Shown: positions 25,417 through 39,082 of the stretch, piece after piece | Numbering within the stretch: the first letter of the stretch is position 1 | How the letters are laid out: each line of letters opens with the position of its first letter | DNA from: Octopus vulgaris | Lineage: Eukaryota | DNA length: 64,000 nucleotides | Direction: 5' to 3' | Assembly (NCBI GenBank): GCA_951406725.2 | Contig: OX597817.1 | Coordinates: forward strand, 3,100,001-3,164,000 | Position numbers and translations under genes: made by a program | Notes under the pieces: generated by a model | What the model was told of the DNA's origin: nothing | Seen by the model: only the letters and a program-made list of their open reading frames with translations | Database searches by the model: none

Positions 25417-25982
25417 TTGGGTTGTCCGGAAAGTTCGTGCCGATTTATAGTAGCTTACCTTTCAACTTATTTTAGAACATGGTTGAGTCCATAAAATAGG
25501 ATTTGACTACACCTCCATTTCGAGCACAGTTTAAGCTATCTTTTCCTGGAAGAAGGTTTATGTTCCTATAACCTGTGTCAATTCTGTAACCCTTTAAAAA
25601 TGGAAGATACAAAAGTTCATTTTCGGCACTAGATGCTTTGGGAACCAGACAAAAATTGCTGCAGCTCGGCTGGGATGTGTTACCCCACCCTCCATATTCA
25701 CCAGATATTGCTCCTTCGGATTTCCACTTATTCAGGGCTCTGCAGAATAGCTTTAATGGTAAAAATTTCAATTCCTTGGATGACGTAAAAAGATACCTTG
25801 ATGAATTCTTTGCTATAAACCACCTCAATTCTGGGAAGAGGGTATTTTCAAGTTAAAGGAAAGATGGAGACGCATTGTGCAACAAAATGGTTCATATTTG
25901 GTTCATTAAAAATGTAATGGCAAGAATTTATGGACCTTTTTCTTTCCTTTAAAAATCGGCACGAACTTTCCGGACAACCTAA
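25417..25982 (+). mobile_element. Internally deleted mariner element
   Basis: 30-bp TIRs ttgggttgtccggaaagttcgtgccgattt (1 mismatch), TA duplications at 25415-16 and 25983-84, transposase remnant HPPYSPDIAPSDFHLF. Confidence 0.95.
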
Positions 25983-27187
25983 TACTTTATTGTAGGAAAT
26001 TTGAGACACAGCTGTTTCCAGGAGTCCTTATCGGATCGTTATTGACTGGTTCAGTGACTAAACTATAGCGACGACTGGAAGCAGCTGTAAATCAAATTTA
26101 CTACAACATATTGTTTTTTAAAAAGCAGAACATATAATATGCTAAGCTTAGAGGGTCACAGGATGCTCATAGCTTGAATGTTTTTACTCATTGGTTTTCA
26201 CATTGAATGCTGACCAAGGGACTCGCTTTTGAAATATAACGTATGCATTAAAACAGAATGTGTGAAAATGCAATATTTGCAACATTTTTCAAGTCACTTT
26301 TGTTAATGGAAATAATTACACACTGTTATGACCTCCCAGGTTTTTTTTTTAAATATTTATTTATCAACTATTACAAATATGAAATCCGTTCAGCCCATTG
26401 CTAACGCCCTGATCTCTATAACATTTGATATCTGGTTTATTTTTCCAGTCCATCTTTGACTTTCGAAAACCAATTCCAAAATACTGCAATATCTGTTTGA
26501 ATATATGAAGAATCCCCACCTCCTCTCTCTCTTTAATAAAAACCAAATTAGAAACAGAATTCGCTGTATCACTTTTATCTTCTTTTTTTTATTAGTTGAA
26601 ATACTCTTGGCGCCAATACTATGTGTATTAGTTATATTCTTTAAGTTAGTGTTTAAGTTATGTAAGTTTGCGTACAAAAGCTTTACGTGCGAGAAATCAT
26701 TATTATATCATTTCTAACGATGTTTAACAAGAATCTTCAGTCGTCACCGGAGTTTTGTCGCTTACGTATAATTATTGGTTTCATGTCCGTTTTATTGGTT
26801 TTATGTCTATACATTCTCAAGTATTCATAAAATATCAATAGTCGAACATTTTCCCTGAAACTTTCTATTTGTTAATATAATAGTCAATGGCAGTGGATTA
26901 GCACAATCTGTAGGGCGTTGCATGAAACACTTTGCAAAGTCTATGTGTGTACCATAAAGTTCTGAATTCAAATCACTTTCTCGTTCATCCTTCTGTAGTC
27001 GATGAAATAAGTACCATAAAAGTACTGGAGTCAATTTAAACGAGTTTACCACCCTTCACATCATGTATAGTATTGTATATTTATTGTATATTTATGAGAA
27101 ATTATTTTACTCCACCGCTTCATGTATATTCTTGAGCATATGTTAGAGTTAATATTTATTTGCTAATGTCTTCCCCTTCTTTTGTAG

Positions 27188-27347
27188 AAGCTCTTCACCG
27201 TTTGTTATTGGCAACTTAAAGGCAGACTGCAATTCAGACTGCCATTGTTCAAATGAAGATTATGATCCCATATGCAGTAATGATGGTTCTATATATTTTT
27301 CACCTTGTTATGCCGGTTGTAAAACTATCATTGATGGCTACACAAAG
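27188..27347 (+). CDS. SLCO4A1: SLCO/OATP exon, Kazal-like extracellular domain (absent from the ORF track)
   Basis: tgtAG acceptor, GTttgt donor, phase 2/0. Encodes CNSDCHCSNEDYDPICSNDGSIYFSPCYAGC, the OATP Kazal-like cysteine pattern. Confidence 0.94.
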
Positions 27348-27573
27348 GTTTGTATCATAACTTCTATTTCTTTCCACATTTTATTTGTTTTCTGTCTTTT
27401 TAGCGTCATTTTCACATAACTCTGTAAATGCTGGGTTACTATGCAAATTCTATGTGTTTTATGGCAATAAAAAAAGTAAAATTTTAGTGAACAGAAAAAC
27501 ATCACACACATACACCTATAATCTCTCTCTCTCCCTCTCTCTCTCTCTCACGATATATATATATATATATATA

Positions 27574-27964
27574 CTAGCAGTATCGCCCGGCGTTGCTCGG
27601 GTTTGTAAGGGAAATAGCTATACAAGCATTTTTAGAGATGTAAAGTATAATAGCCATCTCAATATGGCTAACCACAAAGGTGGGTGTTACTGTAGCTTTT
27701 TACGTTCTGAGATTTAATAATACATTTTTAGAGAGTTACTTCCCTTATATAATAGCAAAAAAATGCATTAAAAATGGGAAAAAATGATGGTAAATTTTTT
27801 TTAAATCGTAGACTCATCGTAGACGCGCGCTAATACCCAGAAGGGCTCGATATGAATCACGACTATAAGATACCCACTTTTGGTTACACTGCACCGCAAA
27901 ATGTGGGAGTAGTTAGGGATCTAAATCGTAGGAGACAGACACACAACTTCACTTTTATATATAA

Positions 27965-27967
<3 letters not shown>
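27574..27967 (-). mobile_element. Non-autonomous Helitron, second internal type
   Basis: Minus strand starts TCtttatatataaaagtgaagttg and ends cccgagcaacgccgggcgatactgCTAG, between A and T. Confidence 0.8.
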
Positions 27968-28007
<40 letters not shown>

Positions 28008-28008
<1 letters not shown>

Positions 28009-28791
28009 GAGCATACCTCAACTTAAGTTGTTTCGATTTAAGTTCTTGATTATGCGTCGGTTTTCAAAAATAGTATATGGAAAAATAAAAATCGAGTTAA
28101 GTCATTTTACTCGACTTTATGTCTGTTCGTCACAAATATTGGAATCGTAAAATAATAAAAGCATATAAAACCATATTAAAATAGTACAGTAAATGTTAAG
28201 ATACACACCATAAAGTACTGGGGCTTAGTGAACGAAATCATGAAATCAGCTGTGTTGATTTATTTTTTCAGTCTTCCAGAGCTCATATTGCACTGTAGTT
28301 CCAATAGCTACCGTTAGGCGACGTTGTCACTCGTGATTCCCGCGATTGTTTTGATTTCAGATTTGTTTACGTCTGTTTATTGGCTACTTTCTCATTCTCA
28401 TTCATTTGTGACTTTATTTCTTGTCCCTTCGGCTCCTAAGAAAATTCATAATGAAAGTGCTAAGCATCATGTTATAATTCTGGAAGATAACCTGGCTATG
28501 ATAAAATGCCATGGAAAAGGTGAAAAAGTGGTAGCAATTGCTCAATTTGGGGGGACAAGTCGGACAACTGTATCGACGATTGTATATAATAAGGACAAGA
28601 TTTTAGCACACATGTTTTTTTTTATTAATCATGTATTATTGAAAATGCATTCATAAATAAAGTACAGAACTGGCAATGGTTACTCTTTCTAGCCTAGAGA
28701 CATGTAAGTTCGGCCTAGCCTAGAGACAAGTTAATTCGACTTAAGTCGTGTCTCCTGGAACCAATTAACGACGTAGGGTGAGGTATGCCTC
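28008..28791 (+). mobile_element. Tigger/pogo-type internally deleted DNA transposon
   Basis: TIR remnants gcatacctca / tgaggtatgc; CENP-B-type HTH remnant KGEKVVAIAQFGGTSRTTVSTIVYNKDKI. Confidence 0.7.
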
Positions 28792-29333
28792 TATCTATCT
28801 ATCTTTCTATCCACCCTCCAACTCATCCAAGCCATTACAGTACAAAGATTATCCTCGTGCTCAGACTGCATGAAAATAACTCTTTATCATTTCAGCACTC
28901 ATGTGATAAGCTACTATGTTTTGGGTATTTTTGCTCTGTTTCGTTTTATTTTTCTTGAGAAGGGTGTCTTGCCTATTGCTTTTGCAGGCCCCTCCGTGAC
29001 GGTAATAGGTGCGGCTGACTTTTTTTCTTTTTTTTTTTACAATAATAATAAGTCAATGGTTGTTGGGAAAACTGTGCACCACAGATAGGATTCTAGAGAG
29101 CCAGCATTGAAGGGAGCAATAAATGGATGTAGTGATTAATGGGTGGATGGATACAATAAACATAACGGGAGATGGGTACGTGAGTGAGTGAGTGAGAGTC
29201 TTTGATTAGTTACCAATTTACAGTCCCTACAAATCATTAGTCTTTCATTATTTAAGTTAATGCGCCATTGCTCTCCTCTCATTGTTTCTCCTTACCTAAA
29301 TTGAATAATTTTCCCAACACATTTCTCTTACAG

Positions 29334-29571
29334 AAATACGCCAACTGCAGTTGTATTCAGTCAAACAACTCGAAGTTTGATTATGCTGCCGTTTCCGGCA
29401 AATGTCCAAACCAGTGCAATCATTTGTCATTGTTCATGCCATTCTTCGCCATGATCATGTTAATAACATTTACCATTAGTATGCCAGCACTAACAGCAAC
29501 ACTACGATGTGTTCCACAGAAGCAACGATCCTTTGGTCTAGGAATACAATGGATCTTGGCCCGGTGTTTTG
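29334..29571 (+). CDS. SLCO4A1: SLCO/OATP exon
   Basis: ttacAG acceptor, GTgagt donor, phase 0/1. Encodes KYANCSCI...GKCPNQC...LRCVPQKQRSFGLGIQWILARCF. Confidence 0.94.
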
Positions 29572-29976
29572 GTGAGTTTCAGTTACTAATTACCAGACAT
29601 TTCCATTGTTACGAAAATTCATGTCTTGATTTTGTCATTATTTTTCTTTTTTGGTATCTTTTTGTAAGAAACTAAATAACATTCAAGAAAATACTTTGAT
29701 CTCTAGTGTAATATTTTATCAAAATCCTTCTGTTTTCTAACCTACTTTTTATATAACTTGGATCAATATAGCGACTATCAGAAGAATATTAGCATTGTTT
29801 CAGTATTTGTTTTTATTACTTTTTACGCAAATTCCTCATGGTAACACGGTTGAATAAATTTTCTCCTGTTTTCCCTTTGGAGAAATTTTTTCCAGCATGA
29901 GTGCAATAGACAGCCATCGATCTTCGGCTTCGATGCTTTTGCACAGCTAGCTATTATCTTTATTATAACCTCACTT

Positions 29977-30012
<36 letters not shown>

Positions 30013-30199
30013 ACCTAAATATTTTCTACCATATATATATATATATATGGATACGGCAACGAGACACGTAAATATCTCCACTTATTTCAGTAGTATTTCA
30101 TTCACATGCAGCGTGCACTGGGAAGGCGTTCTTGAGATGACCAATATCTGTTTCAACACTAATTCTCATCCTGCGTTGCAGCACTCAGCAGCAAAGCCC

Positions 30200-30559
30200 A
30201 TTCAGTGATGGGACGTAGGAGGACTGGATGCTAGAATTGCAGGTGTTGACACAGTATTGCACCAGCTCCAGTATCCAACCCTCAATGAAGGAGGAATTGG
30301 TAAAAATGCCAAGCTCACCGTTTTCAATTTGGTTTTTGTGCCTACCCTCACCTATAGCCATGACTCTTTTACTTGTTTCAGTCATTTGACTGCGGCCATG
30401 CTGGAGCACCGCCTTTAGTCGAGCACATCGACCCCAGGACTTATTCTTTGTAAGCCTAGTACTTATTCTATCGCTCTCTTTTGCCGAACCGCTAACTTAC
30501 GGGGCCATAAACACACCACCATTGGTTCTCAAGCGATGTTAAGAGGACAAACACGCACG

Positions 30560-30658
<99 letters not shown>

Positions 30659-31235
30659 GACGGGCTCCTTTCAGTTTCCGTCTACCAAATCCACTCACAA
30701 GGCTTTGGTCGGCCCGAGGTCACTTGCCCAAGGTGACACGCAGTGGGACTGAACCCGGAACCATGTGGTTGGTAAGCAAGCTACTTACCACACAGCCACT
30801 CCTACGCCTATGACTGTTGGGTTATGACCGAAAGAGTCCCACCATGAATACAAACGTCCGAAATGAGGTTCCTCCGAAAGATCTCTGAAGTAACGTTACT
30901 TGACAGGATATGTAGTTTGGATATCAGGAAGTCTATCCTGGTCGAGCCGCTACTTCTCTGCATTGAGAAGACACAGATTCAGTGTTACGAATTTTATTAA
31001 ATTAGAATGTTGCAAGAAAGAATCTCAAAATGGATTCTTCTAGCCGAGCCAACCAGTAGGAGACCTAATGGTAGACTAAGAATAAGGTAACTGGATAATA
31101 TCCATTGTCTCGGTTGGTCACGCTTGGAAATCCAGTTGGTTGCTGGATTGCACCCAGTCCCCGGTTGCTTCTTAGGACTCTACTCCCCACAACTCTTTCA
31201 GGAATAGTGGGCAGAGAAGATGGCTAGATGGATAG
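30200..31235 (+). mobile_element. RTE-clade (Expander/Rex3-like) LINE 3' fragment, interrupted by a SINE
   Basis: AKLTVFNLVFVPTLTYSH joins DCWVMTER..EMRFLRKI..VEPLLLCIE across the SINE; gatg-type tail. Confidence 0.75.
30366..30809 (-). mobile_element. SINE family A, full length
   Basis: Complete element with atgact target-site duplication. Confidence 0.88.
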
Positions 31236-31509
31236 CTGCATTTGTGTGTAGTTTCTATATATGTGTACATGTACGTATATGTGTGTGTATGCATGTATAA
31301 CGTGTGTGTTTGTATCGCTGAAACATATGCCTACAAGCTACAAAATGGTCGATAAAAAGATAGTGAATCAATGATTATTATCTGGTTAGAAGTCTAATAC
31401 AATTATTGTTCAGAAAATGCATGGTAAAGAATATTTATTTCCAGAAATAACTGCTTTTCTGTGCTACCAAAATAAAATAACTTTTTTCATTTTTATTAAT
31501 CTCTTACAG

Positions 31510-31898
31510 GATCCATACCTGGTCCGATCATGTTTGGTAAAATGATAGATCTGACCTGCCAGTTTTGGCAACAGACTTGCCAAGAGAACGGTTCCTGTTA
31601 CGTCTACGACAACGAACGGATGGGTCTCTATCTAATGGCTCTCACCCTGGTCGTCAAGGCACTTTCTTGTTTGTTTTTCCTTCTAGCGCTGCTCATGTAC
31701 AAAGCTGCACCAGCATCGAACCCTGTAAATTTAGCCAGTGACAGTACATCATCAGCTCTTTCAACATTCAGCCAGAGGCCCCCATCTAAAGTTAAACACG
31801 CGAACAGTATGCAGACATGCTTAGATGACGACAATAGTCAGTGCGAAAGGACTCTGATGGAAGATGTTCCTAGTCCGACTAAGTCTTTTACGTCCTGA
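31510..31898 (+). CDS. SLCO4A1: SLCO/OATP last coding exon
   Basis: ttacAG acceptor, phase 1. Encodes GSIPGPIMFGKMIDLTCQFWQQTCQENGSCYVYDN... and ends at TGA 31896-31898. Confidence 0.95.
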
Positions 31899-31947
31899 AA
31901 TCTTACCTAATAATTATTAAAAATATTGACACGTCTAGTAATTAAAT

Positions 31948-32530
31948 GAGATATATATATGTGATATATATATATGTGATATATATATATGTGATATATA
32001 TATATATATGTGATATATATATATATGATATATATATATATATGATATATATATATATATGTGTGATATATATATATGTGATATATATATATATATATGT
32101 GATATATATATATGTGATGTATATATATATATATGTGATATATATATATATATGATATATATATATGATATATATATATATGATATATATATATATGTGA
32201 TATATATATACAATATATATATATATACGATATATATATATATACGATATATATATATACGATATATATACGATATATATATATACGATATATATATATA
32301 CGATATATATATATACGATATATATATATACGACATATATGTATACGATGTATATATATACGATATATATGTATACGATATATATATATACGATATATAT
32401 GTATACGATGTATATATATACGATATATATGTATACGATATATATGTATACGATATATATGTATACGATATGTATGTATACGATATATATATATATATAT
32501 ATACGATATATATATATATATGATATATAA
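31948..32530. repeat. Compound (TA)n satellite with GTGA / GA / CGA interruptions
   Basis: About 580 bp of 10-20-bp variable units starting about 50 bp after the SLCO stop codon. Confidence 0.95.
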
Positions 32531-33418
32531 TTTTCCAATTAAAATTATTTTTTGCAATTTTAAAAAGCAATAACATAACAAATAAATGAGCAAAAACATT
32601 TACAAAAAACTGAGCTGAAACTAGTTAAAAAGAACATAAAAATTTTTTTTTTTAATATTTTATAACTAACGAGGGACACAATTAAATGGGCATATATATA
32701 TATATGTGTGTATATATATATATAAATTTAACATTTTACATAACTAATGCAATTTAAAAGGTGAACAGATTCAATGGTGCCTAGAATGATCAGATATCAT
32801 CTATCTCTCTCAGAGGAAAAGATAACACAAAAAAACCCCGTAGATGTAAATAATTTCCGGTTTTTTTTTTGTGGGTTTTCTTTTGTTGTTTTTTTTAAAG
32901 GTAGATGTTGGGGTGAGTTGCTGAAATTTTATATTTTTTGTATGAGGAGTTTGGGTTGTTTTTTACGTGTGTTTTTTCTTTAATATATTTTTTAAAAAGA
33001 AAGCACATTGAAATAAATATAATAGGACAATTTTCCAATTTGTGAATATTTTAAATGAGAACAGAGAGGTTTAAATACACAGACATCTCCAAACTATGAC
33101 ACGCATGCACATAATTGTGTGTGTTGCGCGCGTGTGAGTGTGTATGTGTGCATCAGTGTATGTGGATAATATATGAGCACAAGCATATACATCATATAGA
33201 CAAGGTATCACTTAAATAAGGCATTATTTAACTGTCTTTTCCCAGCGCCTGGGAGACTTACGTTTCACAAGGTTTTTTTGTGTGTTTGTGTTATGCAAAT
33301 CACACGATTAAGTATATACGCACACTGGTAGTTGTATTCAATAATATACATATGTTCATGTGTACTTTCATATGCAGACATGTATATATGTATGTGTGAC
33401 GTGTGTATGTATGTATGT

Positions 33419-33449
<31 letters not shown>

Positions 33450-33552
33450 CATATGTGTGTGTATGTATATATATATATATAGACATATATACACACACGC
33501 ACCTGTTATGTGCATAGATAGCATGTATGTATATGTGTTATATATATGTATG

Positions 33553-33590
<38 letters not shown>

Positions 33591-33628
33591 TATATACATA
33601 TATATGTATATATATGTATACATATATA

Positions 33629-33660
<32 letters not shown>

Positions 33661-34109
33661 AATTTGCATATGTATAAAAAAATACACACACGCACAGAAT
33701 CATACACAAATACGTGTGTGTGTGTATTTCAAGAAAAACAAAAGATTGATGTTACAGCATTAAACGATAACACTCACACACACGAATGTGATTTAAAACA
33801 ATCCAACTGTTGGTATTGAACTTACGAACTAGCTGTGATCAGTGTTGAGTGTTTTTTTTTTGTTTGTTTGTGTTTTTTTTTTCTTTTTTTTTTTACTGTG
33901 TACACACATGAACTGCTTGGGTATTCGTCTGCACTTTTTTCACTTACACATTTTTCATCAAACTTTCACTTTATGTAAATATATGTGTGTTTATACTCAG
34001 CTAACATATACATATTCACAAAAGAATGTAACCTATATGTTATATTTCACTTTGAAATATACATGCACACTTAAAACATTAATGAATATCTATATGCACT
34101 ACGGGCATG

Positions 34110-34168
<59 letters not shown>

Positions 34169-34318
34169 GGAATATTATTCCAAACTTACAGGGAAAAATT
34201 CAGTTTAGAAATACTAAATCAAATTTCACGAAATATAGTATATATATAAATGGCGGTGCCCCAGCATGGCCACAGCTCATTAGCTGAAACTGGAAAAATC
34301 AAAATCAAAATCATATAT

Positions 34319-34643
34319 AAATTAGAAAAAAAACAACACTTTTTATCAATTCAATAATGAAAAACTAAATTATGCCATTTAGAAAATTACATATTATAGA
34401 AAGATTAAATTTAAGAGAAAACATAACAATGATTAAGTTATATGCAAAATAATAAATAAAACGTATATATTTTAGTATATAATATATATATATACCAAAT
34501 ATATACGTTTTTTTTTATTATTTTGCACATTACTTATTATGTTTTATCTTATATTTAATCTTTCTATAATATATAATTTTTCTAAATGGTATAATTAAAT
34601 TTTTCATTATTGAATTGATAAAAGGTGGTTTTTTTTCTAATTT
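34319..34643. repeat. About 325-bp imperfect palindrome centred on a TA run
   Basis: Arms align along their length, e.g. ttttatcaattcaataatgaaaaa with tttttcattattgaattgataaaa. Confidence 0.9.
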
Positions 34644-34860
34644 CTAATTTCCAGTACAGGGAAAGTATAATATAGCTTAGTAGTTGCTGGGAGCTGGTAG
34701 AAGCAGTTTGCTTCATCTGTCTCGGTAATACAATTAGTTATGATAGTAGACTCGATTAGTCACTAGATTGCGATATTGACTGTGGTACATTATCTTATTG
34801 TCCTCGACTAACGGTGGATCTCTTATGATAATGCTGATGATAAATTATATATATATAACG

Positions 34861-34894
<34 letters not shown>

Positions 34895-35249
34895 GATGTA
34901 ATGTACATCCACTTCCGCACTCCAAAACGAACGTGTACCCTAAAACTCATCAAATATGCTAGTAGATATGCATTCAAAATTACACATACGTATTTACAAA
35001 CAATTAGATTAACACATACACAACTACTTTCCAAGATCCTTTAACAAAACTGTGGTATTTCCCCGTATGTGTGCCTCTTAATTTCCCCTCTAATATCTTT
35101 TACCTTATTTACCTGGTGACTCCATCTCTATCAGTAAGAAAACTCTATAACCACGTTGTGTATATGATTTATAGGGAGAGAGGTGGTGAAAGTTTAAAAT
35201 CTTTGATACTTTTGATGATATTTTGACATAATCATGTGAGCTTTTGAAA

Positions 35250-36010
35250 AATTGCTTCACAGTATTGAGTATCGTCCATTTACGTTCTCAGTTAAAATCC
35301 TGCCGTGGTGCGAATTGCTGTCCATATATTTCTTGGTGAGGATTACAGAAATAAAGTATTTGTCAAGTATTGGGGTTTCATATAATTTACTGTTTCCCTC
35401 CCCACGAAATATGTGTCTTTGTGCCTATGTTAGAAATCACTATTATATGGTTTAGCAGAATCGTTAGTGCATCAAAGTACCTTGCGATATATGTTAGAGT
35501 TTTATATTTTCTGAGTTCAAATTCAGCTAGGCTCAGCTTTGCCTGTCATCCTTCGAGATAGGATAAAATTATGTACCAGTCAAGTACTGTTCCACGCTCC
35601 ACAAATTTTGGGGGTTGTGTCGATGTAAGAAATTCTTAGTTTCAAATGTTGACACTAGGCCAGCAATATGGAGGAGGGAGTAAGCCGATTACATCGACCT
35701 CAGTACTTAATTGGTAATTTATTTTATCGAATCCGAAAGGCTGAGAGGCGAAGTCGTCCTCGGAAGAATTTGAACTCAGAACGTAAACCCGGAAGACGTG
35801 CTGCTAAGCATTTTGTCCGACGTGCCAACGAAGCAAAATACTTAGTGACATTTCGTTCGGCTTTGTTCTGAGTTCAAATTCCCCCGAGGTCGCCTTTGCC
35901 TCTCATTCTTCCGGGGTCGATAAAATAATTTACCAATCAACTATTGATATTGATGCAATCGATTAGGCTCCTGCCCAGCAAATTTCAGGCCTTGTACTCA
36001 AAGTAGAAAG
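35250..36010. mobile_element. Cluster of degraded family B SINE copies in both orientations
   Basis: Repeated ttctgagttcaaatt and ggggtcgataaaa blocks and their reverse complements. Confidence 0.6.
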
Positions 36011-39000
36011 AAATTCTCATTAGAAGTACCAGCATTGTATTTATTGATTTCTCAGCTATGCTGTTTTCATTAAAAAAGAAAAAAAAAGATTTAAAAAAAA
36101 AACGAAGAAAATCTAAATATCTAAGATGAAACCTTTTATCATTAGTCAGGGATAGACTGAAAAAGTTTTCATAAATGTTTAAAAACTAAAAGTTGTCTTT
36201 AGTCTTCTGTTTTTAAGCTTAAAATATACCTAAATTATTAATCTTAAATTTATTTAATTTTGATTTATTTTGCATAATTTTTGACAGTTGACCCTAATTT
36301 TAGCCACTTTTTAGTGGTGGGAAAATATACTTCTTTCAAAATCTCAGTTATAAAATAATTTTTTAAAAATATTAACCTATGTTGAAATTAATAACGTTGT
36401 TTGGAAGTTGTAAAATGCGTAAAAATTATCCAATCTAATTAATCAAAGGATGATAATAGTGAGGATTTCTTAGAAAAACTGATTTAACAGTATCCAACGG
36501 GCGTTTCCCTATGCGATCACTTGACCTGCTAAAAATAGCTGCTAGATCTCTCTGAAATCACACCTTATCGTCGTATAAAACGAAGAGTCCACAGATCTAT
36601 GCCGTACGAGATATATAAAAATATGGTATGGTCACAGCTAATTGGATGAGAAACTAGTACTTTTATAAATTTGTCTGCAATTGTTGCCATACCTAGTAGA
36701 AATTAAATGGACTTACCCACCTAAACATCTCCATTTAATTTTTGGGTGAGTTGAAATTTACTATTTTCTTCCTTGCCTCTTTGAGAGTATTTTTCAATAA
36801 CGCTAATAACTTATTTGTATTATAACTAATTTCTACTGCAGTTTACCGCATTAAGTATGGAAGCTTTCATTTTACCGCTACTATTACTATATGGCTTTCT
36901 GTCGGCCCTCATTACATGATAAAATGCATACTACCAGATACTAAGTCTAGTTTGTAAATATAGCCCAGTAAACGAACACAGATTCGTGAAAGTGAAATAT
37001 AATTATCTGAAACTATTGTGGTATACATTTTTTATCCAAGGCCATGAGATAAAAAGCAAAGTTGACTTTAGCTAATTTGAAAGTCTAGACCAAGTGTAAT
37101 CCGGTGCTCAAAATGTTTGCCACCCCTCCATTCTTTTTATATCAATATCTAGTAGTAATTATAAAGGAGTTTAAATTATATGAAAACTAAATTAGAATTC
37201 CAGCAAACTAGTGAGGGCTTAAATCAGTTTTTAAAAATCGTAGAAGTTCTGGCTAGAAAATATATTGATGGCGGTCATTTTCCCCCCATACTTTGATGTC
37301 TTCTAGAAGATATATACGTAAAAACAATTGCAAGTAAGATAAACTGATTTTCAGATGTTTATGCCTTTATGTCTGATTGAATGCATTGGAGAATGTTTAG
37401 TTGTGTGGTAAATTCTTGTGCGTACAAGGATATATTTACTCCTAAAGAATATGCACAAAAATAATCGCCATTCTTACTGGTAGACAGGCCACAGCTTAGC
37501 TGCTGAAGCTTCTAACTATTACAGAATTTCTCCAATATTAGAAGCTAACCTGATTGGATCATTGGATATCTTGAATAATTATTTTGCTCATTGCAAGTAA
37601 CTGCAAATGAGCCGGCCATTCTCTCGAACTTCCGAGATTATCATCAGTTAACTTTGATAATAAACCATGATAAATAAATATCTTGAGTTCCATTACCACA
37701 ATTTTCTCCATAACAATGAGCAAACTTTTACAGAGTAGTGTTTTCAAGTCTATAACTGTACTCAAGTTTCTAACTAAAACGGGTATCAAAGCTGCCACCC
37801 GCACACTATCCTCCATAATTTTCTATTGATTTTGTTTTCCTTAGACACTTTTTATATATATTTTTTTATCGGGGATGGAGTTTTGTTAAGAATTCCCTCC
37901 ATAAAACACTACTTTGCTATTGACCGTGGGGTAAGGACATTGATCTTCATTAAAGTCCGAGGACATTATAGGAATTTTTCTTTGTGAGGAAATTGCGTAT
38001 GACGACCCAAATAGATAGTAAATAGTTTAGGGGCCACCGCTGTGGGGCATTTTCTTTGGATCACTAGCATATTACTGGAGCTTATTTTCCGGTTTCTAAG
38101 ACATAACAAGCAAACTTTAAAACTGTAATTCGAACTCAGAAAAGTGAGATCACAATATTCATTGTTTGGTCGCCTGATTAAGTCCAAGATATAGGTTGCT
38201 ATATCAACAGAAATATATATTACTATTCGACACGCTTCCTTGAATTAAGTGACTTTGTGGCTATGTTAGAAATTCTCATCAGTGTTAGTCTCCGGTAAAC
38301 TTATAGTATTTACAATGTATACTATGTATTTACGACATACCTCGGTGACCAATAATCAGGTTCTTGTTAGATTTGTTGTTAAAGTATTAAATGCAACAAA
38401 ATGATATAAAGCCGAAAGTTGGCTAAATTTTAATAGCTTCTGGTATACAGAATAAATACTAACTTAAGAAAAATTAATAATTCTAATTACTCTCGTGAAA
38501 ATACACAACATCGCTGCAAGTTTTTGCTAACTACAATCTAGAAATGGTATATGTTGTGCTGTGTGAAGAATTGTACTCTGCCTGAAATGTTAGTCTTTAT
38601 TTCATTTCACGGTACCACAATGTGGATATTCTTTAAAACTCTGCCATTACTATTGCCGACATAAACTATCAATGTGCCGACATAAACTAATCCATGTGAC
38701 GGTCTTTTTCACCTTCCTCCTCCATTTGGCAACGAAGCTTTGAGACACGCACATCTCTTGTAATCTATAGGCATGTTAAAAAGGTCGTTTTACAATCATG
38801 TTGCTTCAGTTTCGATCCCGAAGTACAAGGCATTTTGGGCAAATGTTTTCTACCATAAATGTTCTTTTGATGGTTGTTTCTGTAGTTGTACTTACCAAGT
38901 GAGATCATTGGCGTCACTTCCTTTGAGGTAAAAATTAAAAACCGCAGGGAAGACGTGAATTTTAATACTTCAGAAATTGTTGGGTGCCAAATTATAAGAT

Positions 39001-39082
39001 ATTAAATTATTCAAAGCTATCACAGGAATTTATTTACAATAAGTGAGGAAAAAATGTCACCACACAATATAAAGTTAACAGT

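Noticed and set aside
26700-26745. Minus-strand CTGAAGA core
   Set aside because: No consistent stem II / GAAA / stem III arrangement.
31907-32599. Long Tyr/Ile-rich ORFs, and similar [12 protein letters not shown] ORFs throughout
   Set aside because: Translations of stop-free microsatellites.
37380-38200. Possible second gene from short minus-strand ORFs
   Set aside because: Stops in all frames checked, no recognisable domain or exon chain; may be an old element, which a translated search would settle.
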